DNA of 64,000 nt. Origin: a virus. How positions within the stretch are numbered: position 1 is the stretch's first letter; each line of letters begins with the position of its first letter. The stretch spans positions 18,287-82,286 of the IMG/VR virus record IMGVR_UViG_3300024999_000073; one strand, written 5' to 3'. Shown piece by piece: positions 19,139-28,715 of the stretch. Below the pieces are notes generated by a model. That model searched no databases, was not told where the DNA came from, and was given only the letters and a program-made list of their open reading frames with translations. The translations under genes and the position numbers were made by a program.

Positions 19139-20662
19139 CTACTTCCAACCTGAGAATGCGTGTTCGGCTATCATTCGAGAGAGTTGAGCGGTCAGCTCAG
19201 CCGGGTTAGTGATACCGGAGTCGAAGGCGATAAAGGCATCAGCGAGAGACTGCATACGCTCATTGTTATAGCGCCCCAATTGCACGTACATAAGGCGCGC
19301 GCCTGACTCCTTCTTGGTTTTCTCGAAGGCATCCATAACCTGAGGCGACGGGTTACAGATACCATCACTAATCATCATAATGTCGATAGCCTTATCTCCA
19401 TGTGACCATTCTTTGATCCTGGCAATGGCATGAGTGAGGACAGCGTCAAAGTTAGTGCCGCCGCCCCTGGAGTAACTCGCCCACTTGCAATGGGCTTTCC
19501 AGTCATCCTTGTCCGTAACGTGGTGATCGTCATCGACATCGGACTCAAAGGTATAGAGTTCATAACTCCTATCCTTCAAGTCTTCCATCGTAGCCTTAGC
19601 GACGCCCATGGCCACGCCCTTAGCCGCAACCGCATTACTGCCCTGGCCCCATCCCATGCTACCGGAGTCGTCGACGTAAGCAGCGAAGTTACCGCCTATC
19701 ACGCTTGACTCCAGGGGTTGCCAGCCTGGTAGACCGTCGCTCGCGAACCTCTGGATTCTCTTGGCGCGTACAGCCACGTGAACAGATGGGTGCATGAGCG
19801 CGATTTCGTGAGGAAAGATATGAGACACATCCTTTGTATTCTCCACCTTGGCGGCGGGTCCGAACTTACTGCGCTTGCAGTCCCGTATCGTCTGTTTTGC
19901 AATCCCCTTAGCGCGCCCTAACTGTAGAGCCAGCATAGAGAAATCGCTATCATTTGCCATCTCCAGAATTTCGGAGATGTCGTCAAGCTCTGTGGTAAGG
20001 CCGGGGTCGATCCCCCAGCCGCGCATAAACGCATTGACCTTATTTGCAGCTTGCCCTGCTTCATAAACAGCAGAGGCAACTACCTGGCCTTTGACCGGAT
20101 CCTGCCTAATCTTCTCAATACCTTCGACAGCTTCCCTGGCGACTTCAGTGGCCATTTGACGGATTTGTTCGGCGTTCTCGAACTTCTGAGTAGCGGCATT
20201 ACTCACCATTTCCTGACCGAGTTGATCCTCAGGCGCACTCTGTAGAGTCTCAGCGGCCTCCTGTTCCTCTTTCTTAGCGCGCTTTTCCAAGTCATCAGCC
20301 TGTCGCTGGCGATTTAGCGCATTCTGGATAGAGTCGTCGGTTCTCAGCGACTCCCAGAGCAGAGACGAAGCGGCTAAACTGGCCGGGATATTCCCTGCTG
20401 TGGACTGGACTGACTCCTTGAAGTCCTTATCGCAAAGAGTCCAATCCATAATAGCCTGGTTGACCTTGCGTTCAGGAGGCGCGTCGTCGATAACCTGAGC
20501 GCCGGACTTATAGAGGCCCAGGAAAGAGTCGCTGAGAAGATCATGTTCGCCGTCGTTGGACGGTGCAGAGTCTACCGTAGTCTGGAGAACACGGGTGATA
20601 GCTTTCTCACCCGTGCTCACCCTGACCGTATTGATCTTAGCTTTGAGAGGTATTTTTTGCAT
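19139..20662 (-). CDS. von Willebrand factor A (vWA) domain protein
   Basis: MIDAS VDDSGSM, GGGTNF, MISDG; N-terminal coiled coil. Confidence 0.85.
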   Translation of the reverse strand: MQKIPLKAKINTVRVSTGEKAITRVLQTTVDSAPSNDGEHDLLSDSFLGLYKSGAQVIDDAPPERKVNQAIMDWTLCDKDFKESVQSTAGNIPASLAASSLLWESLRTDDSIQNALNRQRQADDLEKRAKKEEQEAAETLQSAPEDQLGQEMVSNAATQKFENAEQIRQMATEVAREAVEGIEKIRQDPVKGQVVASAVYEAGQAANKVNAFMRGWGIDPGLTTELDDISEILEMANDSDFSMLALQLGRAKGIAKQTIRDCKRSKFGPAAKVENTKDVSHIFPHEIALMHPSVHVAVRAKRIQRFASDGLPGWQPLESSVIGGNFAAYVDDSGSMGWGQGSNAVAAKGVAMGVAKATMEDLKDRSYELYTFESDVDDDHHVTDKDDWKAHCKWASYSRGGGTNFDAVLTHAIARIKEWSHGDKAIDIMMISDGICNPSPQVMDAFEKTKKESGARLMYVQLGRYNNERMQSLADAFIAFDSGITNPAELTAQLSRMIAEHAFSGWK

Positions 20663-20671
20663 GGCAACCTC

Positions 20672-21844
20672 CTAGAACGGCGGCGGCTCGTCATCGTGTT
20701 GAGGCTGAGGGCCGCGCACGAACTCAGACAGAGACCGCAAAAGCGCGTTATGAGCTTCGAGATAACGCTCATCTTTATCATCGCCGCCGACCAAAGCCAG
20801 GATATTAGGAACTTCTTGGTTCAAGACCTTACCAAGCTCAATCGAAGCCAGGCGGCGGTCAGTTATAGAGGCGGCCAGTTGTTTCATCTTAGCGTAAGCA
20901 TACTTCATTGCAGTCTCGATAGCAGCGGTAACGGGGTCGAGCAGAGAAGCGCCGACCAACTCCGCCCAATCGCGAGCTTCTTCCGGAGTCTTTGTGGCCC
21001 AGGCGTATTTAATCATATCCATGGCTTCAGGACTGACCCGATTGAAGTCCTCGGCGTCCTGATAGAACGCAGACAGTCTATAGAGCATCCAGTTCCAGAT
21101 CGTCATACGGCGAGGGTTAGGATGTCCAAAAGCGCGGACAATCTTACCGTCAGAACCCTTGAGTCCCTCGCAGGCGGTGTTAGCTATGTCTCTACCAGCC
21201 TCCGAGACGCATTTTACGGCATTAGGTCCCGGATTGAAGTGGCGCACCCTATAAATCACGGCGGCGTCTGGAACTCCATCGACGACCATTTCAGAGTTCA
21301 TGGCAGCGAGGGCGTTTACGCCTACTGCGATAGGATCGAGTTTGACGTCAGGAACGTGGTAGTAGAGACCGATACGATCCAGCAGCGCCTCAGTTCTTGC
21401 GCTATCGGGTAAAGAGTTGGCTGTGCATATAGTCGAGGGAACATCTTGAAGTGGTATATCGAGTCTATCCATAACATCCATGAGAATGTCATAGACAGCA
21501 TCAGAAGGGCGACCGAATTCATCTGCGATATAAGCGCCAATGCTCTTTTGATATGGAGTACCGGCGACGATCATATTCCACTCACTCTTAGTCGTGAAAG
21601 CTGGCACATCCAGATAGCCCGTCATTTTTTCTGTGGGCGTAGTTGGGTTGAACCTGGTCATGACATAATTGTCGCCGAAGGCAGCTTTAGTGACTGCTCT
21701 TGCCATGCGAGTTTTACCCAGGCCAGGTCCACCAACCATGACGACATGCACGCCAGCCAAGAAACCGGCGATGCAGACCTGTTTCATTTCCTCGGCATAT
21801 GCGCCGACGAAATGACCGAAACCGTTATTACTTGGTGTGTTCAT
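20672..21844 (-). CDS. MoxR/RavA-like AAA+ ATPase
   Basis: GGPGLGKT, IADEFGR, TAN, ALLDR, NPRR. Confidence 0.85.
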   Translation of the reverse strand: MNTPSNNGFGHFVGAYAEEMKQVCIAGFLAGVHVVMVGGPGLGKTRMARAVTKAAFGDNYVMTRFNPTTPTEKMTGYLDVPAFTTKSEWNMIVAGTPYQKSIGAYIADEFGRPSDAVYDILMDVMDRLDIPLQDVPSTICTANSLPDSARTEALLDRIGLYYHVPDVKLDPIAVGVNALAAMNSEMVVDGVPDAAVIYRVRHFNPGPNAVKCVSEAGRDIANTACEGLKGSDGKIVRAFGHPNPRRMTIWNWMLYRLSAFYQDAEDFNRVSPEAMDMIKYAWATKTPEEARDWAELVGASLLDPVTAAIETAMKYAYAKMKQLAASITDRRLASIELGKVLNQEVPNILALVGGDDKDERYLEAHNALLRSLSEFVRGPQPQHDDEPPPF

Positions 21845-21856
21845 TGATAGACTCCT

Positions 21857-22381
21857 TTAGTTGAGCTTGTCTTTATCTTCTTCGCGCCGAACGACGTCAT
21901 TGGCGTGTTTGAGAGTATTGGCGAGGTTGAGAATCTTGTCCTTGTTCTCGACGAAAAACTGCATTCCACCAACCATTTCCTCGACAAGGAGGCGTCGGGC
22001 TTCGTCTTCGTCTTTGATGCCTTCTTCCCGCATAAAGCGGGCGACATCTTCGTCTGCTCTACGTTGTTCGGCCTCTACGATTCTTTTTCCCTCTTTGCCG
22101 AAAACATTCGCGAACATCTGGTCGCGTTTCTTGATGGGGATGCCATTGAGATTATCATCGTACCAGACAATGGAAAACGCAGATTCTATCAAATCAGCCT
22201 GCACAGCCGCAGCCGCGGGTCTGTGCGCGTACTCAGGCGAGGCGTCGAACCATGCTTTCAGTTCGACGAGCATTTTGCGGTGGGCATTTTCAATGCCGAC
22301 CTCGGCGATAGCCTCGCGATAATTATCTTTGGAGGCGACTGCCGATGGATAGCCATTGACGATCTTCACGATCTTGTTCAT
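21857..22381 (-). CDS. Hypothetical protein
   Basis: AAGGAGTCT RBS before ATG 22381. Confidence 0.6.
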   Translation of the reverse strand: MNKIVKIVNGYPSAVASKDNYREAIAEVGIENAHRKMLVELKAWFDASPEYAHRPAAAAVQADLIESAFSIVWYDDNLNGIPIKKRDQMFANVFGKEGKRIVEAEQRRADEDVARFMREEGIKDEDEARRLLVEEMVGGMQFFVENKDKILNLANTLKHANDVVRREEDKDKLN

Positions 22382-22397
22382 TGATAGACTCCTTTCT

Positions 22398-22604
22398 TTA
22401 TCCAATATCAGCCAATTGTTGCAGGCGTTCTTCTATCCAACGTCTGCGCAGTGGCAGAACATTATCTCGCGTCAAAGCCGCGAGTTCATTAGTCAGGAAG
22501 AACTTTTCCGAGACCAGGGACATGTGCAGTAATTCCATGTATGCGGACTGGTATTTTTCTGCAAAGTCCGACCATTGTTGTGGGGTGACATAGTGAACTT
22601 GCAT
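22398..22604 (-). CDS. Hypothetical protein
   Basis: AAGGAGTCT RBS. Confidence 0.55.
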   Translation of the reverse strand: MQVHYVTPQQWSDFAEKYQSAYMELLHMSLVSEKFFLTNELAALTRDNVLPLRRRWIEERLQQLADIG

Positions 22605-22605
22605 A

Positions 22606-23547
22606 TCAGACTCCTTTACTTCTGCAATATTGCAGCCACATAGCCGCCACCTTTGGCGTCTCTATCGAGGCTGCATCTAAGAGGTCAACGCGATCGCGTT
22701 TCTCCATAAAGCTGATTTCAGTCGGCTCCACGTTATTAGCGTAGAGATCGACGCATACGCGCATTCTTGCCTCCCTCAGGGCGTCGGCTGATAGATACGT
22801 TCTACTTGCAAAGACCGCATCGAGAATAGCGCAGGCAGTCTTACGGCGCATATTCTTGAGGACAGCGAGGAAGTCGGGGCTATTCTCGATAGTCCTGACA
22901 GTTTCGGCTTCTTTCATATCGGCGAGCAAAGCCGTAGCAGGTGGTGAGTTCTCGCCGTCGACAGGCACCTCGAACAGACCTGAGGCAAAGCGATTGCGTT
23001 TCCAGGCTTCGACGACGTCGCCATCTGGCAGAGCCAGGGGCGAAAGTTCACCGGGTCTAGAGCGGATTTTAGGGCAGCCGCAGGACGGGCAAGAGACAAC
23101 GTGATAAGCCTCTTCCACTTGAGAGCTAATTGCCTCCTCCAAACAAGTGCAGACCCAGGTTTCCTTAGGGCCAGCGGGTCTACCGCGTCGCCCCAATTTA
23201 TCCTCAATAGCATCGTGGATATGTTGATCTTCAGCAGACAGCTTGAACTCTTTAGGTTCGGCGTGATACAATTCTACAGTCTGCGCGCCTTCGCCAAGAG
23301 CTATCTGATAGACCTCATGAGCGAGTTGTTCGGACTTGCACAAAAACACACCTTCCTGAAAGACGACGCGGTCGGTTGAGACCGTATTACGTCCGGCGAG
23401 ATTGACACGGCGTTGGAGAGGACTGTCCTCGAAGCTGGTTGAATCCTTACGCCGTTTACCGACGTGAAAGCCAGCGATGCGCTTCACGCGGTTATAGAAA
23501 GTCGTGGGCGGCTTCCTGCCGTCCCATTCTATTAGGACTTGCCACAT
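22606..23547 (-). CDS. Hypothetical protein, possible Cas2/VapD-like N-terminus plus Zn finger
   Basis: MWQVLIEWDG...FQEGVF resembles Cas2 (YD...QxSVF); CTC...CPSCG. Confidence 0.4.
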   Translation of the reverse strand: MWQVLIEWDGRKPPTTFYNRVKRIAGFHVGKRRKDSTSFEDSPLQRRVNLAGRNTVSTDRVVFQEGVFLCKSEQLAHEVYQIALGEGAQTVELYHAEPKEFKLSAEDQHIHDAIEDKLGRRGRPAGPKETWVCTCLEEAISSQVEEAYHVVSCPSCGCPKIRSRPGELSPLALPDGDVVEAWKRNRFASGLFEVPVDGENSPPATALLADMKEAETVRTIENSPDFLAVLKNMRRKTACAILDAVFASRTYLSADALREARMRVCVDLYANNVEPTEISFMEKRDRVDLLDAASIETPKVAAMWLQYCRSKGV

Positions 23548-23549
23548 AG

Positions 23550-23909
23550 TTAGACTCCTTCATCGTTTTTGATACGTTCCAATTCATATTGAGCCGTAGT
23601 CTTGAGCGGGATGCCGCGCGCCTGCAAGCCCAGTTGCCAGGCGTCGACAAAGTCTTGTAGGCTTTTTCCAGACTGTTTAGGCATAGCGGGGGCGAACTTA
23701 TGAGCGTCGGTACGTTTAGGTCGGATAGCCACGTAGGTAGCGTCATCGATCAAAACCGTAACCAAAGTATAGAGATAGTCATCGATAACCAGCACGCCGG
23801 GGCTGAAATCATGGGCGTCGACGAATTCGCGCACACGTTCAACGGCGTCGATAGAGGCTATCAAAAAAAGATTGCCATGTTTCTTGAGACCATCCAAGAT
23901 TTCGCTCAT
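23550..23909 (-). CDS. Hypothetical protein
   Basis: Operon packing. Confidence 0.55.
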   Translation of the reverse strand: MSEILDGLKKHGNLFLIASIDAVERVREFVDAHDFSPGVLVIDDYLYTLVTVLIDDATYVAIRPKRTDAHKFAPAMPKQSGKSLQDFVDAWQLGLQARGIPLKTTAQYELERIKNDEGV

Positions 23910-24139
23910 GGCATCTCCGGCATAGAAATCCAGGGGTGTTGATCGTCGTATGTATACGACACAACTTCGAGAGAGATTTTACGACAATTCGGTAGCCACA
24001 AACCCGCTATTCTGTCGAACTGATTGCAGATAGCGATACTTCTATTCGTAAAATCAACAGTTGTTATTGTGATTTCCACAATTTTGACGACACTGCCATC
24101 TTTCAGGAAGCAAACGGGGTGTTGACTGTAGTCGATCAT
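23906..24139 (-). CDS. Hypothetical protein
   Basis: AAGGAGTCT RBS. Confidence 0.5.
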   Translation of the reverse strand: MIDYSQHPVCFLKDGSVVKIVEITITTVDFTNRSIAICNQFDRIAGLWLPNCRKISLEVVSYTYDDQHPWISMPEMP

Positions 24140-24367
24140 AGCAGACTCCTTTCGTTGAACGTTGATTGAATTGACACCTTGAGTCTATGGCAGATATACG
24201 ATCTGTCGTAGACGCCAGGGGGCGAGTCGCGTGTAAAGCGGCTCGCCCATTGCAGTTTACGTCGATTCGCGATTGATCGATTCGTCGTCCTGCGGTTCAT
24301 CCACGTTTCTTCAAAGCTGACAGCAAGAACAAAATGAACAGCAGGAGTTCCACAGTCTACCTCCTTT

Positions 24368-24619
24368 CTATCTTTTCATTAACTCTTCTACATCCTTCGC
24401 CAGGGCGACGTAAGTGCGGCCAAGGCGTTTATGGCCTACTTTTGTAAAGAAGGCTTTATGGAAGGTCAGGATGAGGGTAAAATTTGCGTCTGGATTAGCT
24501 TGGATAGCATCTCGCAGAGCTTGTTCGGCCTTATCGCCATTGCTGTCGAAATCAGCGCTTTCGACCGGGCGGGGCAAAGTAGCGGCCAAAGCTACAAATG
24601 TCACTTCGGTATCATTCAT
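24368..24619 (-). CDS. Hypothetical protein
   Basis: GGAGG RBS, coupled to upstream gene. Confidence 0.55.
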   Translation of the reverse strand: MNDTEVTFVALAATLPRPVESADFDSNGDKAEQALRDAIQANPDANFTLILTFHKAFFTKVGHKRLGRTYVALAKDVEELMKR

Positions 24620-25215
24620 TTAGAACCTCCGTAGAATAGTTTCATAATTTCACCGAATCTATGTTCGTCTTCTTCGGTGATGGGAGTACAAGGTACTTCA
24701 GGTGTGGCGTCCGTGTTGTTCTGTTGTTCTGTCGCTGATCGAGCGAAAGTATTGGCGATCCCACGCAAAGCGCGCTGTTCTAGAGCTTGCATGACGACGC
24801 TGATAGACTCGACGGCAGATGCGGATTGATTATCCGGGCACAACAGAGCCGTTAGAAGTGCAGCCACTGCCCTGACAGCATCTCCTGCACGTGTTTCGTC
24901 TTTGGCGACGCCGATAGTGACGATAGCCATCGTGCCATGCTCATTGGATGGCACCGTAGCCGCGAAAGAAAGCTCGACTTGTTCCGAGGTAAAGGTTTCA
25001 AGGCGAGTGACATTCTTGTTGTGGATATGGGCGGCGCACAGGAGCTTAATCAGAATGGCTTCCTTGCGTCCATCGGAGTTGCCGGTAAGCACAGCGAAAA
25101 GAGCGTCGATAGTTTCAGCAAAGACACGTGTTTGCTCCTTTTCTTTACTGTTACTACAGTCGCTCACGATTTTGAGGACGCTATCTGAGGTGTCGTACGA
25201 GAGATTGATCTTCAT
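24616..25215 (-). CDS. Hypothetical protein
   Basis: AAGGAGTCT RBS before ATG 25215. Confidence 0.6.
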   Translation of the reverse strand: MKINLSYDTSDSVLKIVSDCSNSKEKEQTRVFAETIDALFAVLTGNSDGRKEAILIKLLCAAHIHNKNVTRLETFTSEQVELSFAATVPSNEHGTMAIVTIGVAKDETRAGDAVRAVAALLTALLCPDNQSASAVESISVVMQALEQRALRGIANTFARSATEQQNNTDATPEVPCTPITEEDEHRFGEIMKLFYGGSK

Positions 25216-25240
25216 AGCAGACTCCTTTCTATGGTAGGTA

Positions 25241-25966
25241 CCGCGGGAAAATGCGGGCGTTATTAAAAAAGGGGTTTTAAGGGGGCATTTTGTCAATTTT
25301 TGACTCATGCTCCCTCACATATTATTAGGCGTCGACTACTTTTACGCCAGGGAAGGCTTCGGCGTACGAGACCTCGTGTTCGGACAGACAGGTCTCGAAC
25401 AAGTCAATAGCCTCATCCTGAGAGACAGGGATGAGCGTGTCCTGTTCGCCCTGCCAGCAGGTGAGATTGACTATGAAGTAATTGCCGTTTGGGGTGCGGT
25501 ACAGGAATTCATTGCGCCCGTGACGCTCGAAGTTATGACCGTCCCAGTATGCGTCATGGGCGATCAAAGTCGCCGTTTGGACGCTATAGCGTTTGCGGTC
25601 GATTATTCTTACAAAAGACTTAGGTGCGTGCATTACAACATCCTTTCGTTAGTTTGGTCTATGCCTGAATTGGACTGTGCCACTGGATTGAGTATATATC
25701 GCTACCGCCAGTTCGATAGCAGCGACAAGAAGTCGAAAGCATATTTTTGTATTAATCCATAAGCGCCTCCATATTCCAGTATCCGCATGGTGTTATTGTA
25801 TCACATTTACGAGAGGTTGTCAATTTATTGCCAGGTCTGGTTTTGCGGCATAAGCCAGGGGCAGAGGCAAACCACGGATCACGCAGATTACACAGATTTT
25901 TCTATTGATGTAGGTTCAATGTGATGTGGTCTCGAAAGCATGTGCGCCAAAAAATTTCATGTGGTT
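25241..25966. repeat. Fixed-length module copy 2
   Basis: Left motif 25241-25284; AAAAATTTCATGTGGTT at 25950-25966; spacing 717. Confidence 0.7.
25325..25633 (-). CDS. Conserved phage hypothetical protein
   Basis: IIDRKRYS...LYRTPNGNYF motif; AAAGGA RBS. Confidence 0.6.
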   Translation of the reverse strand: MHAPKSFVRIIDRKRYSVQTATLIAHDAYWDGHNFERHGRNEFLYRTPNGNYFIVNLTCWQGEQDTLIPVSQDEAIDLFETCLSEHEVSYAEAFPGVKVVDA

Positions 25967-26186
25967 GATGCTTCTATTAAAGCGAAAAGCCGCCAGGGGT
26001 AAAACTGGCGGCTTTACGTTCCATACGCGAGGCATTTCCCCTGATTTTTGAGACAAAAAAACCGCCGAACCCGTGACCGTGTGGTCTTGGGATCGGCGGC
26101 TTTTCGCAAAAGCACGCAAAAGCGTCTTACAGCCCCAGTTGGGGCCAAGAGTCGGGCAGGTCCCGACTAGATTACCAGTTAGTCTC

Positions 26187-26546
26187 CTACAGTCCGGCTC
26201 CGCGAAGCCTGTCAACAATCTCGGCTAACTGCCAGAGGTAATTGTCGGCTTTGAGTGTGGCGCTCATACGTTTGATGGTCTGGAAAGGGACCTGCTTTTT
26301 GAGGAATTTATCAAGCAGGTATGTGACCATAGCTCGAATAGCCACAGAGTCTGTGGCTAGAGTAGCTTTGCGGTTGACCAGCCATTCCTCGCCCCTGGCG
26401 AGGATTACGGTATAGTTCTCGTCCGCCTTCTCATCGAAGGCAACGAAAACGTCGCCGCTTGGGACTTCGCCAACCTGGAAGAAGTCATTCTCGTCAAGGT
26501 GCAGCATGGCGAGGATGTTGGAGAAGTAGACCGGAGTGGCGTTCAT
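26187..26546 (-). CDS. Hypothetical protein
   Basis: GAGGAG RBS before MNATPVYF. Confidence 0.55.
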   Translation of the reverse strand: MNATPVYFSNILAMLHLDENDFFQVGEVPSGDVFVAFDEKADENYTVILARGEEWLVNRKATLATDSVAIRAMVTYLLDKFLKKQVPFQTIKRMSATLKADNYLWQLAEIVDRLRGAGL

Positions 26547-26800
26547 CGTCTCCTCTCCACTGCCAGGGTTCCACCGCCCCTGGCGGCTCGATTCCAAGTT
26601 TCAGCGCGCATCATAGTCAGCGCCCATTGTCGCTCGGACGCAGGTCTGATGACCAAGTTCCAGTGCCCCTCGCAAGAGGGAAGCACAGAACCGTCACCAT
26701 CTACACACCATTCCACAGATCCTTCGATCCGCGAAATGGCGACGCCGAGGTACCCCGCCCATCGGCGTTTTCCGAAACCGGTTAGGTTCTCAGTTATCAT
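26543..26800 (-). CDS. Hypothetical protein
   Basis: AAGGAGTCT RBS. Confidence 0.5.
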   Translation of the reverse strand: MITENLTGFGKRRWAGYLGVAISRIEGSVEWCVDGDGSVLPSCEGHWNLVIRPASERQWALTMMRAETWNRAARGGGTLAVERRR

Positions 26801-26964
26801 TAGACTCCTTTTGCCCGTATAGGGCGAATGGGTGCGGCTGGAGTCGGCCAGCCCCGATGAGTAGATTGTCTACCCATGTGCGCCCTGGAGTTTACTGCGG
26901 TCACTCCAGCTACTCCACGTTTGATGACGCAGTGGGATAGCGCATGTCGGTATACAATCGAGAT

Positions 26965-27700
26965 CCGCGGGAAAATGAATCACGACACGAAAAAGGGGTT
27001 TTAAGGGGCCTTTTGAAGGATGAGGGATGAAGGATGAAGGACGACAGGGGAGTCTTAGCGTAGTGCCATTCTTAGAACGATTGTGCTAAGAACGGAGGGA
27101 TGGAAAGGACAAACATATTATATGAAGGACAATACGCTTGGAGGCGTACAGAATCGGGTATCCTGGGGTAACTGGGGGATTCTGGCGGATACCTGGCGTG
27201 ATACCGGTATTCTGGCGGATAATGCCAAATGAGGGAAAAAAGCGCGTCTGTAGAAACTGAGACGACAAAAAGCCTATGATTGGGCTGTTTTATTTGTGCT
27301 ATAACTCCCGACCCCTCGCAACGAAGCGCCGGTGTTGCAGGTTCACCATACGTCTATAGAGGATACGACTCGGCTGATATAGCGCAGTGGGCAAGTGCGT
27401 GGGCTTGTCTTGCACGCTACGCGTGCAGTTTCAAGCCATTAGCCTTGTGCATAAGCAAATATCAGTCATGGTTGTTGAGACAAAGCGGCAATCTGTGGCC
27501 GGTGTGCGCCACGCTGCTATGCGTGTATGATGGTATGTCTCAACAGAGTCGCAGGCAAAGCTAAGACTGTTTTCCTGGGTTCAAGTTCACCAAGCAGGAG
27601 TTGGTCGAGGTTGGGAGCGCCGATGTTAAAGATCGTCTCACGGATGTGAGATCGAGCGATTTCGTCATCTCGGAAAAATTTCATGTGGTTTCAAGTGTGA
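26965..27700. repeat. Fixed-length module copy 3
   Basis: Left motif 26965-27008; AAAAATTTCATGTGGTTTCAAGTGTGA at 27674-27700; spacing 717. Confidence 0.7.
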
Positions 27701-27862
27701 GTCGCCACACGTGAGGGCCGGTGAGACCAGGTGGTCTCATAAGCCCTCACGCGAGGCGTCTTGCTTTTCTTAGAACGCCCGTTCTAGTCTGCCCTGGCGG
27801 GCTGTAGGCTATCCTTGGCGGGCTATTGAGTCAGTGGTAAGGTACAAAAATGAGCTTTAAAC

Positions 27863-27899
27863 CGTTACCCCCTGCGGGTTGGGACCGCAGGGGGTAACG
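27863..27899 (-). terminator. Strong hairpin downstream of the 27926-28588 gene
   Basis: CGTTACCCCCTGCGG/CCGCAGGGGGTAACG 15-bp stem. Confidence 0.65.
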
Positions 27900-27925
27900 T
27901 TGCTATGCAGTTGTAGAGTCTGGTA

Positions 27926-28588
27926 TTAGCTGGTTGCGGGTGCCAGGCTTGCGCGGATATCCTCAGGCAACGCCAGGACAAACGCCGCGCGCATGGCCTC
28001 AGGCAATGCAGCGATGGCGGTCTGCATGGCGGAGAGCGTTTCTTCTGCCTTGCTCAGTTTTTCGCTGAGCATGGCTTTCGTCTCGCCCTGCGGAGCATGC
28101 TCCGCAGGATACCAGTCGCGTACCACATGGCTAATCGCCTGGCTAAAAGCCAGGCCAACATTGTGTACCTTGCCTACTTTGGTGACTTGCAGCCCTCCAA
28201 TGCCCCAGGGTACGGCGGGCACGTCATTGCCGTTTGCCTTGCTGAGAATCTGCAAAGTTGACTCCTCGATGCCGGGTTCGGTTTTTTTCCAACCCTCATC
28301 GGGGGTGATAAGGGTGAGGCTTGCGTTATGCGCGCCTGAGTCAATGTTGATCTTGCTGATTGACTCAAACCCGTGTGCTGCTTGGCGGAGGCATTCACGC
28401 TTGTATGCCTCCACGCGTGGAAGGGAAAAGTTGATTGTGGGTGAAACAGTCACTTTCGCCCATGTGCACTTGCCGGTGAGGGTAATCAGGATTGACTCCG
28501 CTACGATCGCGGAGGGTTGTACCTCGGTGGAGGGTCGCGCCTCAATGGGCGCGGGTACGGTTGTCGGGGTAGTGCTTTTTGTGGACAT
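27926..28588 (-). CDS. Hypothetical protein (first large gene of the leftward early block)
   Basis: AAGGAGTCT RBS before ATG 28588. Confidence 0.6.
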   Translation of the reverse strand: MSTKSTTPTTVPAPIEARPSTEVQPSAIVAESILITLTGKCTWAKVTVSPTINFSLPRVEAYKRECLRQAAHGFESISKINIDSGAHNASLTLITPDEGWKKTEPGIEESTLQILSKANGNDVPAVPWGIGGLQVTKVGKVHNVGLAFSQAISHVVRDWYPAEHAPQGETKAMLSEKLSKAEETLSAMQTAIAALPEAMRAAFVLALPEDIRASLAPATS

Positions 28589-28649
28589 TGTTAGACTCCT
28601 TTGGGTTATTGGGTATGGGTTGCGATAGGGTGAGAGGCTTGACTCAGTG

Positions 28650-28715
28650 CTACTTTGCGAGTAGCACGGACAGGCCAAACAAGATAAAAAATCCGATCAA
28701 AATTAGGTAAATCAT
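28650..28715 (-). CDS. 21-aa hydrophobic peptide
   Basis: MIYLILIGFFILFGLSVLLAK with AAAAGGAGTC RBS. Confidence 0.4.
   Translation of the reverse strand: MIYLILIGFFILFGLSVLLAK

Noticed and set aside
22606-23547. CRISPR-Cas locus
   Set aside because: Only weak Cas2-like resemblance; no cas1, effector gene or array
26850-26880. Hammerhead ribozyme core (CCGATGAG)
   Set aside because: Lacks CUGAUGA and the GAAA strand
27545-27600. tRNA (GGTTCAAGT T-loop-like) or c-di-GMP riboswitch
   Set aside because: No acceptor, D or anticodon arms can be built; riboswitch consensus incomplete
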